Positions 25,758 to 36,571 of a stretch of DNA of 64,000 nucleotides are shown in pieces. The first letter of the stretch is position 1. Every line of letters starts with the position of its first letter. This stretch comes from Spirogloea muscicola. Taxonomy: Eukaryota. The DNA is taken from the NCBI GenBank assembly GCA_009602725.1, contig WELB01000008.1, positions 1,230,720 to 1,294,719 on the forward strand. The letters run 5' to 3'. Made by a program: the position numbers and the translations under genes. The notes beneath the pieces are model-generated. The model did not search any database. It was not told where the DNA came from and saw nothing but the letters and a program-made list of their open reading frames with translations.

Positions 25758-26586
25758 GAGCCCGGGCAACTGTCTCATTTGTGGCGGTTCTTCGAATGTA
25801 GCATCTGGGGTTAGTGGCCTGCACCTTCCACAATGTGCTGGAGGCAGCTGCGCATATGAGTTGCACGAGAGTGTCCCTGCTGCAAGGCAACTGTTGTACC
25901 TACCTCACGCGACAAGGGAGAGGCGGCCAAGCGTAGCTTCCCACTGGAGCAACAGACATGGCCCACCTCAAACTCGCCCCCAGCTCACCCTGGCAACTTC
26001 TCGCAATTTTTAGAATGAAGATTCAACTTCCGCCTATGTTCCACAGTCCACAGGCAGCCCCTCTTTGCCTGCTTCTCTTCATTGATTTCAGCAGCATCAG
26101 GATTGGCGGTTTCATCAATGCTCATGCCTGCATGCTGCTGCTGTACTGCAACCCTGTCTTTCATTGTCTCGCAGCTGGTGGCTGGCAGGGCACCTCTAGC
26201 CTCTTGCATGATTTATGGTACTCATTAGTAGCCCTTTTGGCCAGGTATGCCACCTTCAACTGGCTGTCATCGTAAAACATTAAGGCATACTTTGCCAATC
26301 AGTGTCGTTCATAGCAGAGTGTAGCAGGTAAAGTCAGCTGCTGCATCGTCACAGCATATGAATGGGCTACTGTGTCCGATAATTTGAACTACTTGAAGAC
26401 AGCAGCCCCACGCCTTGCTTCAGGCTCAGGAGATTTTGCACATGCTTGCAGCCCATTCCAGCCTCCTGTGACTCATCCTTTTGATATGAGGCTGACCAAG
26501 CTGACCTAGCACTTGGTCAAAGGCTAGATACAGAGCAGCAAACAGGCAGGTGAAGCCTCAACAGTCGCCTACAGCCCATCCGAAGG

Positions 26587-28314
26587 CTATTGGCCGTTCG
26601 TCTTTGTCTTCACCTTGACCTTCTTTGCTGGCGGAGGAGGTCTCTTGGCCGTACTCTTACGCTTAGCTGCACAATAGAGTCCAAGTGAAAGCCTTTCTGT
26701 AAAGATTCAAAGAAGAGCGATGCATCAAAGTGCCACTAAAAGGTCGACTTATGTACATCAGATTGGAGAGACACGGGCAAGCAAATGGTATGACAGCAGC
26801 GCAAAGTGACGCTGTATTCTCTGTATGTAGTGATCATGACTCTAAAAGCATTTGAGACTATGTGCTTGCCCTAGGGTATTAGTGGTTGCTTTCACTAGAC
26901 TGGCATGTGAAAGTGTCATGCAGATGGTTGGCTATATACAGTGGCCAAGTGGAGCATCTCCAGAGGGCTCTTACGTGGTGGTGGAGCCCTGTGCTTGGGA
27001 TAGACTGCAGCAGGCACAGGAATGTTCTTAAACTTCGTTGGCAGTGGCCCCAGAGTTGCCTTTATTATGATCTGCAGATCTCAATCTCACAGAGGTTGGC
27101 TTCAGGATGGAGAGTAGTGCATCAACTTCACTCGTACCTCAACTGCTGATATCAGAGCAGCTGAGTATCTGCAGGATTTGGCAGCAACATGTAAATGTCC
27201 AAAGCGACAGTGGTAGTGGCAGCCAGTCTTTACCTGCTGGCCAAGCTCACAGTAGCCAAAGGTGCCGTCTGCAAAATACTGGGGAGTATTGAGAACAGTC
27301 ACCCAGAACCCCGTTCCCACTCCGGCACTTCCATCTGCTACTAAGAAACCTTGTGAGAAGTCGCATTTCTTCCACGCCTTCTGATTTGACAGTTGCCAGA
27401 CATTGTGCTCGTCTTGGCTGAAACAGCAACAAGGTTTCCAAATGACAATTGTAAGTAGCATGTTAGCAAGCCAGTAAACATTGCCTGACCGCTCAAGAGA
27501 CAGCTCGAATGCTCTTCTAAAGAGCCTAAAACCCTAAGTGTGTCGCTGACATGCATCAATCACCTACTACAAGACAATTCTGAACGTTGACATAGAGCGC
27601 CTCAGAATGCCGTAGCTGGACCAGCAAGTAAGGACTGGGTCAATTTGAAGGTTGCTCACAAATATTTGAAGACTGTTGCACCAGTATGTAGGTAAATAAA
27701 CGCCGAAGGACGTTGCAACACAATGTGAATGTCAGGAAGCTGGCAGCTATCCCAACAAGTGCATCTCAAATATAGAGAGTTTATGTACTTGCATTCCAGT
27801 TGTACAGACTCAAGTGCTTGCAGTGGAGGTGTGTGTCTGTTGCTTTAAAAAGTGGAGGCCGCTCTGCCCGAGTCAAGCTTTCAGAGTTTACTGCCTCTTG
27901 GGAAGAACAGACTATTAATGAACGAGCTGTTCAGCCCTGAGACCAGCTTGGCATGCCTGGACTCTCACTCGAAGAGCGGCTTAGTGCGCCAATGACTTCA
28001 CACAGAGCAGCGACCCAACAACCGAACCGAACCCGAGAAGCAGGTCTGCGAGCCTGCACCAGCTCCATGTCATTGCAGGGACGGCTGACGTGGACAGCGT
28101 AGGGAGTCAGATCAAGCCAGCGGCTCTCACCAACGACGTCACCGGCGTACAACGGGTGCTTCTGAGCCCAGAGCGTGTAGTTGATGTAAAGCTGCGACCA
28201 GGGCTCCGTGTGGTACTGGTCGTCGCCAATCACCAAGTATCGTTGAGCGTTGATGGTGGAGAGGCAAGAGCAAGCGACCAAGAGGGCCGCCAGAGCAAAG
28301 GCCCGCGCGGCCAT
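26587..28314 (-). CDS. Phytocyanin/ENODL-like secreted protein with Pro/Lys-rich tail
   Basis: Signal peptide MAARAFALAALLVAC, then INYTLWAQKHPLYAGDVV, HNVWQL..AWKKCDFS..YFADGTFGYCELGQ. Last exon KRKSTAKRPPPPAKKVKVK. Confidence 0.75.
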
Positions 28315-29097
28315 CTTGTGTGCTCCTTGGAGCTGGCAGTGCGTCACTGCTGCAGCCTGCTCAGGACCAAAGAGCCAGGTGAGGTACGACAGACTGCACG
28401 CCGGGAGAGAGGCTCCCACCAGCCAGAAAGAGGCTGGGCTGCACACGGGGCCTGGGCTGGCCGCCAGGCAGCCCGGCTGGCCAGTTGCGCGGCCCGCTTG
28501 AGTGGGCAGCCTGCGGGCCAGCAAGGGGGCGTGCACGCAGCAATGCAGGTGCACCTCAGCAGCGAAGCGCTGGCCCGACGGCGAGCCAGCAGCGGCACAG
28601 AGTGATGGGTGGCGGACGACGGGGCAATGGAGGCGAGGGTGCAGAGCAAGCTGTGAACGGCGGCGGCGGGCGGCGGCCCGGAGGGCACAGGGCGGTGGCC
28701 GAGCTGGCCAGATGACCAGGAAATGGTGGTGGACAGACGGGCCCAGAGGAGCCTAAGCGCTTCCAACGGGGCCATGGCTGTAAAACGGCCAGCCCACGAT
28801 TGAAGTTGACGGGGGAAACGGCGGGAGGGGCAGCCTTGGTGGCCAAGCTTAGCTGCGTCGGCGACCGAAGGGGGGGTGGGGTTTTGGGCGTGAGGTGGGG
28901 GAGGGGGGTTGTGAGCGGCAGGCCCCTGCGGGGCCGCCGGGGAGCGAATATTCGCGCCCACGTGCTCGCGCGGGGGCGGCCCTGTCGCCCCCCCCCCGCC
29001 GTGGCGCGCCTGCCCCGCCAGCTCCTCAGCGCACCCTTCAGAGGGGGGTGACACCGCGTCAGTCCACCTCTCTTGTGTCCATTCCTTTGGGCCCGTG

Positions 29098-29540
29098 TTA
29101 CCCGTGTGCCGTGGATATCTATGGAGGCTACGGCGTGAAATGGTCCTCCCTGATCCAGCATCTGGCCCGGCTGGTTGATGCGCGTCGTCGAAGTCGGGGG
29201 GGCAGCTTGGGCCACTCCAGCATTCCGCAGGCCTTAGTTGCATATTATAGAATGCGGCTCTCGCTTAGTTTGCAGCGCTCGCAAGCATTGGCTCTTCATC
29301 AACGTGCAGGGCGCGCTCTAAGTCAGGCCTCCGGCTTTCGTGGCGGCGCTCCAGCTCCCCAAGTTAGCTTGTCAGATTTGTTTGTGCTCACCCGTGGGTA
29401 CTAATGTCATCTTAGGTACCTTAGATTAGGTCTCCGTATTATGTAGCATTGTTTAGTCTGCACTCGACTCTGCCTGAACAATGTATTGGCTTGAATTGGC
29501 CTCCCTTTCAATTCATGCGCCCCGCGCGCCTTCTCTCTTT
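29098..29540 (+). mobile_element. 5'-truncated RLE retrotransposon, family B, near-identical to the 21591-22155 copy
   Basis: YPCAVDIYGGYG...LTRGY* (stop at 29404) with the same UTR. CTTTGGGC occurs on both sides (29085 and 29537). Confidence 0.88.
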
Positions 29541-30078
29541 GGGCTGGGCTCTCCCAGCCACCAGTCAATCTGGCCGCGCTTGCTTTCTTATTGTCCCTTT
29601 GTCTATGGAAGACCTTTTCCTTCTGCAGGAGATATCAGAAAGCGCGTCCCAATTGACTGGTGGCTGTGAGAGGCCAGCCCAAAAAAAGGAATGGACAAGG
29701 AATGGCCATTCACAGTACTGGAGGTCTCATCTGATTCGAATTTCTGCCAAGTCGTGCAGCTGTACAAGTAGTCGTCTCAATCATAGTGGCACATACTGCT
29801 AAGTGCGGGTCTCGGCGGAGCGCCTTCCCCGCATCGAGCTCTTTCTCTGCCTGAACAATGTATTGGCTTGAATTGGCCTCCCTTTCAATTCATGCGCCCC
29901 GCGCGCCTTCTCTCTTCTGACCTGCTGTTGCTCACTCGTGGGTATTGAGCTTCCCTAGTGTGATGTTGTGTTTGGTAGAGTAGTCCTTTGGCATCTCTTT
30001 CTTTGGCTTTGGACATTGTCCATTCTTTTTGGGCTGGCTTTGCCAGCCCCTCTTCTCTATGGGCGAGCCCTTTCTCTT
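29541..30078. mobile_element. Retrotransposon remnants, including a family A end interrupted by a family B tail
   Basis: GSRRSAFPASS-[family B UTR ~29846-29915]-SDLLLLTRGY*, followed by a hairpin UTR at 30015-30070. An inverted UTR lies at ~29640-29700. Confidence 0.75.
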
Positions 30079-31734
30079 AAGTGCAGCTCACAGTTGGACG
30101 CATTCTTCGGTGACCTGCAAATCTGATTTCCCCTGGTCAGCGCCACGACTGGCTCGTCTTCAGACGGGCTGTCACTGTGCCCGTCACAGACCGTGCCTGG
30201 TCGGGCCAGTCGGCAGGGCCGATCATCACTCGCCGGAGTAGCCACGCGTCATATGCAGGCCTTGTCGAGACTCGGCTGCGTGCGAGGTACTGTATACCTT
30301 AAGCGAATCAAGCACAGTTGGACCACAGGTCGCAAGCCCTTAAGCTGCACGCATTGTTGTCACGCATTCCTCCGGCTGAGGGCCTGAACATGACCCCAGA
30401 AACATCTGTGGCTTCACAGAAGGCAATGGCTGTGATAATCTACTTAGTTAGGAAGGGGTGTCAGCGATTCAGGAGAGAGGCAAACCGCGCCACAGTCGCG
30501 GGGCCTGCCCGTGAAGAAGGCACAGTCGCCCCTTAGGGTAACGACTAGCAGGAGCCTGCAGCGCCAACGTTTGCCTGCCTAGTACAGATGTCCAGTCAGA
30601 GTGCGTCCCTACGTGCATTTACACGCCATCATGCCCTCATCGTGCAGTGCCCTCAGCGATGCCGGTCCTGAACCCCAACTACTGCAAGGCCAAGTATGGG
30701 TACTGCCTGCTGCGTACAAACACACAGACGTTCAGATTTACGAGACAGACTATGCAACACTTTGTCGTTAGCAAGAGCTGCCAACTTGTCCTTTCCAAGA
30801 TTCTATCGCACAGGATTTTCAAGTAGGTCTTGTACGTCATGGACATCAATAAGTCTCGCACACAAATCCCTGCCCAGACTGTCTGAAATACAGGGCTTTT
30901 CAACCATGTCAAAGATACATATAAATTTAGAGACTGCTGTTGGTGATAGGTGATGAAGTTCTAAGCTTGAAGGTGGGTTCCACCAGCACAAGTAGCACTT
31001 ATTGCTACCATACACTTACGTATCTGGCCTATCTTGCACTGCACAAAACATTGACTTGAAGGGGGCAAGGTGGTGCATTGTAGCTCTACAAACTCAACAA
31101 TGACGGGAACGCCCTCTGAATCAAGAAAACAGCTCTTTCGGATTGACAGCAATGGCTGTGAGAGGCCAGCCTAAAGGAATGGCTCTCAAGGACCTCGCTC
31201 ATCCAGCAAGAGAACACAAGCTAATTCGTGTGTCTGACTCCTGTGCGAAGGTTGTGATGGTGTTGCGTCTCCATGATAAACAACAGGAACAACAGGAACA
31301 GGAGGCCACGAGTTCATCAACAGCCTTCACATAAGTGACGTTGAAGATATATCGATGAAGGAAGCAAGTCTCATTCAGGCAAGGTATATTGGTCAAGAGC
31401 GTACAAGACAACATTGACTGGTCGTAGGTACTGTCTGCTTAAGTATGACTACGGGGCATACAAGCAATTTTCTCTGCATGTCATCGTGGGATCTCGTCGC
31501 ACGTTGGTGAATCTCTTCGACCTTTGATGAACATATAGACTGCAAGAGCGGCTGTCTCGTTGTAGCTGATGAGATTGTCAACATTAATGTGTAAATAGTC
31601 AAACCCGCAGGCCATTGAACCTTCTGACAAATCAAAGAGAATGTACAACAGTTCTCATCGTTGCCTTCGCAATATTCGATGAAGCGGGAGCCTTTGGTAA
31701 GATTGGTGGAGAAGTACATGAGGGTGCATCTGAA

Positions 31735-31997
31735 GAAGGAAGAGGAATGCGGCTGCTGATATCAGAATAGCGGCTTTAAAAGCCATGTAGGTGCATACAA
31801 AGGGTGTTCATGACTACATTAGCAGAGCCACAGGCTAGGCAGACAGGGCGCTCTTAGTACGCCCGTGTCAGCAGTAGGAAGGCAGATGAGCTGAGGGGAG
31901 GAAGAGCAACCCCGCTAAGCAAGCCAGAGGCTGCTGCAATGGCGCGACCGGCCCGGCGGTGCCAAGCGAGCGCTTGGCACCGCAGTAGGGACAGACT
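31735..31997 (-). mobile_element. Degenerate family C RLE retrotransposon 3' end
   Basis: Diverged match to 16424-16670 (RAIAAASG..GVALPPLSSS..LLLTR plus the family C UTR). Confidence 0.75.
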
Positions 31998-32591
31998 CTG
32001 AAGAGGAGGTTTAAGAGTTGAAGATGAGAAATTCTGGGGGGAAGAAGTTTCACTTCTGAATATCTCTCAAACTCGTCATACTAAGTAAGCGGAGCTGTTG
32101 TTCTTCATACTTTCTTTGATGCAGATTGCCCAGGAAGCAGATTTTGCTGGGAAGGCATCAACTAGGACCAAGAAGACCTGACCGCACGCGTAATCTGAGG
32201 TGGTCCTGCTACCAGCACTTTTGCGAATGTAGCAACGTCAGAAGAGAGTGTGGGCCATTCACTTGCTGGGGAGATAGAGGACTGAGAGTTGTGTGGACTT
32301 GCAATACATCAATGCTTATGTTTCAAGGCCGGGAGGTGTGGTAACAGGAGGCAAAGATTCACATCACGTTTATACATTTGCGGTGTCACAGTAGTGCAGC
32401 TGATGTACAGTAGGAACATGTGTCTACTGAAGTCGGTGAATGCATCTGCTCTCTCTTCAGTTCTATCCATCTCCCCTTTTCAGGAACTTCACATTCCCAC
32501 ATTGTGCTATTCGGCCCCTGTGAGCCTAGTCAATCTCCTTATGGGCTAGCCTCTCACAGCCATCGCCAACTTTGGTAAAGCAGCTCAATCT

Positions 32592-34231
32592 TCAGTGGTG
32601 TCCACTACCAGCGGGGTGGTGGCCCTTGGCCTTGCTATGATGTCCACCCGTTGAGTGGTGGCCTTTCTTGTGTGAAGGAGGAGGATAGCGCTCATCGTCG
32701 TCTTCAGGTGGAGGAGGATAGCCATAACCGTTGTTGTTGGCAGGAGGGGGGCTCTTCTTCACAGCTGGTGGGGGGCTCTTCTTGACAGCTGGAGGAGGGG
32801 TCTTCTTGACAGCTGGTGGCGGGACCTTGCCTGCCAATGGAGGCGGAGAAGCTGCACCTGATTGCCATGAGCAGCCGACCAATTGCAAGGATCCACATGC
32901 TTAGGGACTTTCACCTTGTACGTGATTCAAGTATAGCATGGTACACAAATATTATGCGGCAATCGTCGGTGATTGAAGTCGCTCACCAAGCAGCATGCAT
33001 TATCATGGGCACAAAGGTTACAAGAATGTAGTCAGTGCTGTGCTAGGATTGGCCATAGTTTCCGTGGAACATGTGAACAAGGGATTTGAGAGTACCTTGT
33101 ACAGTGATAGTCCCAGCCATGGCGTCTTGGTGAATGAAGCAATTGTAAGAGAAAGACCCAGCGGTCGTGAATGTATGCGAAAATTTGAAGCCCATCTGAG
33201 TGACGAAGTTCGGTGCACTTCCAGATCCAGTATAAGTGACTTTTCCAGATTTGTCTGTCAGGGTGCCGTGACGGGACCAGTGCACAAGAACACCCAGTCA
33301 GAACATGTAGCAGTGCACTGTTTGCAAGTCCCACTTATTCAGATGCATTTCAGCCGTGAGGTCAGCTGCTGCTGCACACTGCAAGTCATGTGAAAATAAA
33401 TGATGCAATAAGATTTAGGCCCACCTCTGTGCATGCATATCAGCGAAGCGGAGCTTCTAAGCTGCCCTGATCTCGGAACTGATGGGACAACCGTTTCTTC
33501 TGACCACTTTGGTATGGGCATTGCGCTTACACGCTCAGGATGTGTGATTTGGATTTTCACGCATGGTCAATGCCTGGGAGGGGCAGAAAAGCAGTGCAGC
33601 TAGGCTGCATGCAGGGCAGTGGAACTATGCTCTGCCCGTCGAGTGGACTTCGGCAGTGTGTTCGCAATCTGCTCTAGGGCTTCACAGAAGAAATTGCAGG
33701 TCTGTCATCAAACATTTGTGCTGTGAGTAAGCGTTGGCACACCTTGGACAGCGTGGGGCTTCGTGTCGGACCAAGTCCAGGTGACCTTCTCGCCAACCTT
33801 GATGGTGGGGCTGAGGTCCTTCGTCGAGGCTCCAAGGAACCACATGACATCGGCGTCCGCCTCTGCAGTGCATAGGTGAGAGAAGTAAGCGGATAGTTTA
33901 AGTGTATGGCTTGGTGCAACCCATCCGTGTTGGGCTTCAGCAACTTTGATTTGCAGGACACTCTGTGCCAATGCATTTGTACCAATGCCTCATGGTCGGA
34001 GCTGACAAGCCCATCTGCCGCCTGGTGCCGCTGGGCAGCGAAAGCCGAGAGCAGACTCGAGCGAGCGCAGGTGCCCAGCGCAAGCGAGCGGCTGCGCGCA
34101 GAGCAGAGGCAGGCACGGCGGGGAGGGCGAGGCAAGGGGGACCGACCGGCGGGCTGGAACTGGACGGCGGCGGCGGCGAGGAGCAGCGGCAGTAGAAGGG
34201 AAGCGAGGGGCGGGGCGGGGCCGCGGGCCAT
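32592..34231 (-). CDS. Secreted type-1 copper cupredoxin (amicyanin/plastocyanin-like) with extensin-like and His-rich tail
   Basis: Signal peptide, then TIKVGEKVTWTWSDTKPHAVQ and FSHTFTTAGSFSYNCFIHQDAMAGTITVQ (H...C-x2-H-x3-M). Tail of PPPAVKK(T/S) repeats, GYGYPPPP and HKKGHH..GHH. Confidence 0.85.
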
Positions 34232-34584
34232 GGTGCCGGGGCGNTTGGGGGGGGCGGCCGGCGGGAGGATGCCCCTCGGGCCTGGGACCCGTGCCGCAGC
34301 GTTGGCGTGGCCGGCAGCGGGGGCGGCCGTTACTCGGGCCGGCGTGCACATGACCGGGTCCCGACAGGCGGCCGTACTGCCGCTGTGCCGCTGCCCGGGC
34401 CGCGATGCTGCCTGCTGCCTTCCCTGCCGCCCACGTTGACCATGGCGTTGACCCAGGTTCCGCGCAAGGGCGCCCCCCCCCCTCCTTCCCCTTTTCTCTC
34501 CCCCCCCCCGGCCTGCGCCGACACCCCAGGCCCCCAAGTACACCATGGATAAAAACAGGAGTGACCTCATCCGACGGGCGCGAG

Positions 34585-35200
34585 GCCTGTAAAAGCCAGC
34601 CCCAAAAGGATGACACGGTCCGAAAAGCATGTACAGGAGCAGCTATTAGTATGGGCGAGGGCTAAGCTTGTGTGCTTGTCTTTCTTGGTGCTTCACCTAA
34701 GTGCTTCGATTAGCCCCCTTCTTGAACTGTGTTCATTCTTTTTCTTGGGCTGGCTGTTCCAGCCCGTATCCTCAATGGGCGAGCCCTTGCTAAGAAAAGC
34801 CAGCCCACGTGAAAAGGCCAATGACCCAAGGAGCCGGGAAAGAAAGGGCTCGCCCATGGAGAAGAAGGGCTGGCAAAGCCAGCCCAAAAAGAATGGACGA
34901 TGTCCAAAGCCAAAAGAAAGACGTGGTTGATGACCCTAGACCTGAAAATGCAGTCCGTCCCTGCGATCCCAACATCTCCAAGCCCTCGCTTTTGCTGCCT
35001 GCTTGAGAGCGCTGCTAGCGTTTCGCATTCTTGCCTGCAGGTTTAGAATCTCCCTCAGATGTAGTTTGTGAAGCTGTTTCGAATATTGATTGGCAATTGC
35101 TGCCAAAGCAGTTGTGAGCGTTGCCGTCAGCGCTTGCGCTTGCTTGGATAGGGGCTGGCTGGAACAGCCAGCCCCTATATTTAATGGGCGAGCCCTTCTT
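34585..35200. mobile_element. Cluster of retrotransposon 3'-UTR hairpin remnants in both orientations
   Basis: Hairpin motifs at ~34595 (-), 34730-34785 (+), 34845-34910 (-) and ~35150-35195 (+). Confidence 0.7.
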
Positions 35201-35598
35201 CCTCTTGCGCAGCCGCAGGCCTGCGTCCGCGCCACGCTCGGGCCTACTCACGCTCACCAGAAGGCTGGGCGAGATTGGCCGGTGGCCGGGGGGGACGGAA
35301 GTCGGGCTTTCAATTTACCTGTGCCCTCAGGCCTCGTCCCTTCTCTTGGGCTAGCCTTCCACGACCACTATCCGTTTTTAAAGAGCAAGCGCGGCCAGAT
35401 TGACTTTTTAGAGAGGCCCTTTCAATCAAACTTATGCTGTCCAGTATGGGGACCTCCTTCACCGACCTCTATTTCCTTACAGTGGCTTACTTAGGGGTTC
35501 GGTAATAGCAGCAAGCAGTCTGTCCGCAACTCCAGCTTCGCTTATCGTCGTGTACCAGCACTCTGTTGACCAGTCGACCAAGGACGCTGCTGCACGCC

Positions 35599-35884
35599 TC
35601 CTCCCTCATGAGAAGGTTTTTCGTGGAAGGCCCCTTCCGGCACAGTGACACATGATATTGAAGACGAGCTCAGGCCAACAGATAAACAGCCCTTCCAAAG
35701 TGAGGCGTTGGCTGTGAAAGGCTCGAAAGAGTGGACAACTTCCTCCCTCATGAGAGGGTTTTCCGTGGAAGGCCCCTTTTGGCACAGCGACACACAATAT
35801 CGAAGAAGAGCTCAGGCCAACAGAAAAAGAGCCCTTCCAAAGTGAGGCGTTGGCTGTGAGAGGCTCGAAAGAGTGGACAACTTC
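35599..35884. repeat. Imperfect tandem repeat, 2 x ~142 bp
   Basis: CTCCCTCATGAG...GAGTGGACAACTTCC repeated. The minus strand contains a variant TTGTCCAC..TCACAGCC UTR motif. Confidence 0.8.
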
Positions 35885-36571
35885 CCCAGCGACACTTCCC
35901 AACCCGTGCTGGTCTTGCACGCACCCAGTCTATGGTTTGGGAAAGACCTACTGCGACCAGACAGACATAGCTACCTTCACGATCCAACCGTTAGCAGTGT
36001 GCTGTCAAGATAGCTAGTCTAGAACCTCCATCTTTGGGCCCAGAAGACTGAAGCAGACAATCCGCTCGTAATGACTAAGCCATGCCATCGACATGAAGAA
36101 TCCCCGTAACTCAAGGAGGTGCCTACTGCCTATATCAGCCCACTTAACTTGCATGTGTCACAGAGTGTTGACCTTCATAGCACTTGCCATTATCAGGCCT
36201 TGAATACTTGCTGTCATGGCAGTTTCGAAAGCAAGAAGTTGCATGACCTTCACAGGACTGAGGGGTTGCATTTGTTTGTGTGGTTTCCTACTTGGACATT
36301 TATAGCATCTTGCACCTGTAATCTGCAATGTCATAGTACCGTTCTACCGTACAATCTGCAATGTCATAGTACTCGTGTGCGAGTAGCTTCATGCACCACT
36401 GCAGCATTGCTGGTTATAGTAGGACATGCCCCATCAGACACTTTCTAGCAGGCCGACAATTACAGCTTGGTGCAGTGATGGCAAGCGCCAGTAAGTATGA
36501 ATGCATATGTGTGTATTGGAGGATTGCGACAAACCACATTGCAGTGTCCTCTAGGTCCTATTCCATGAGAG

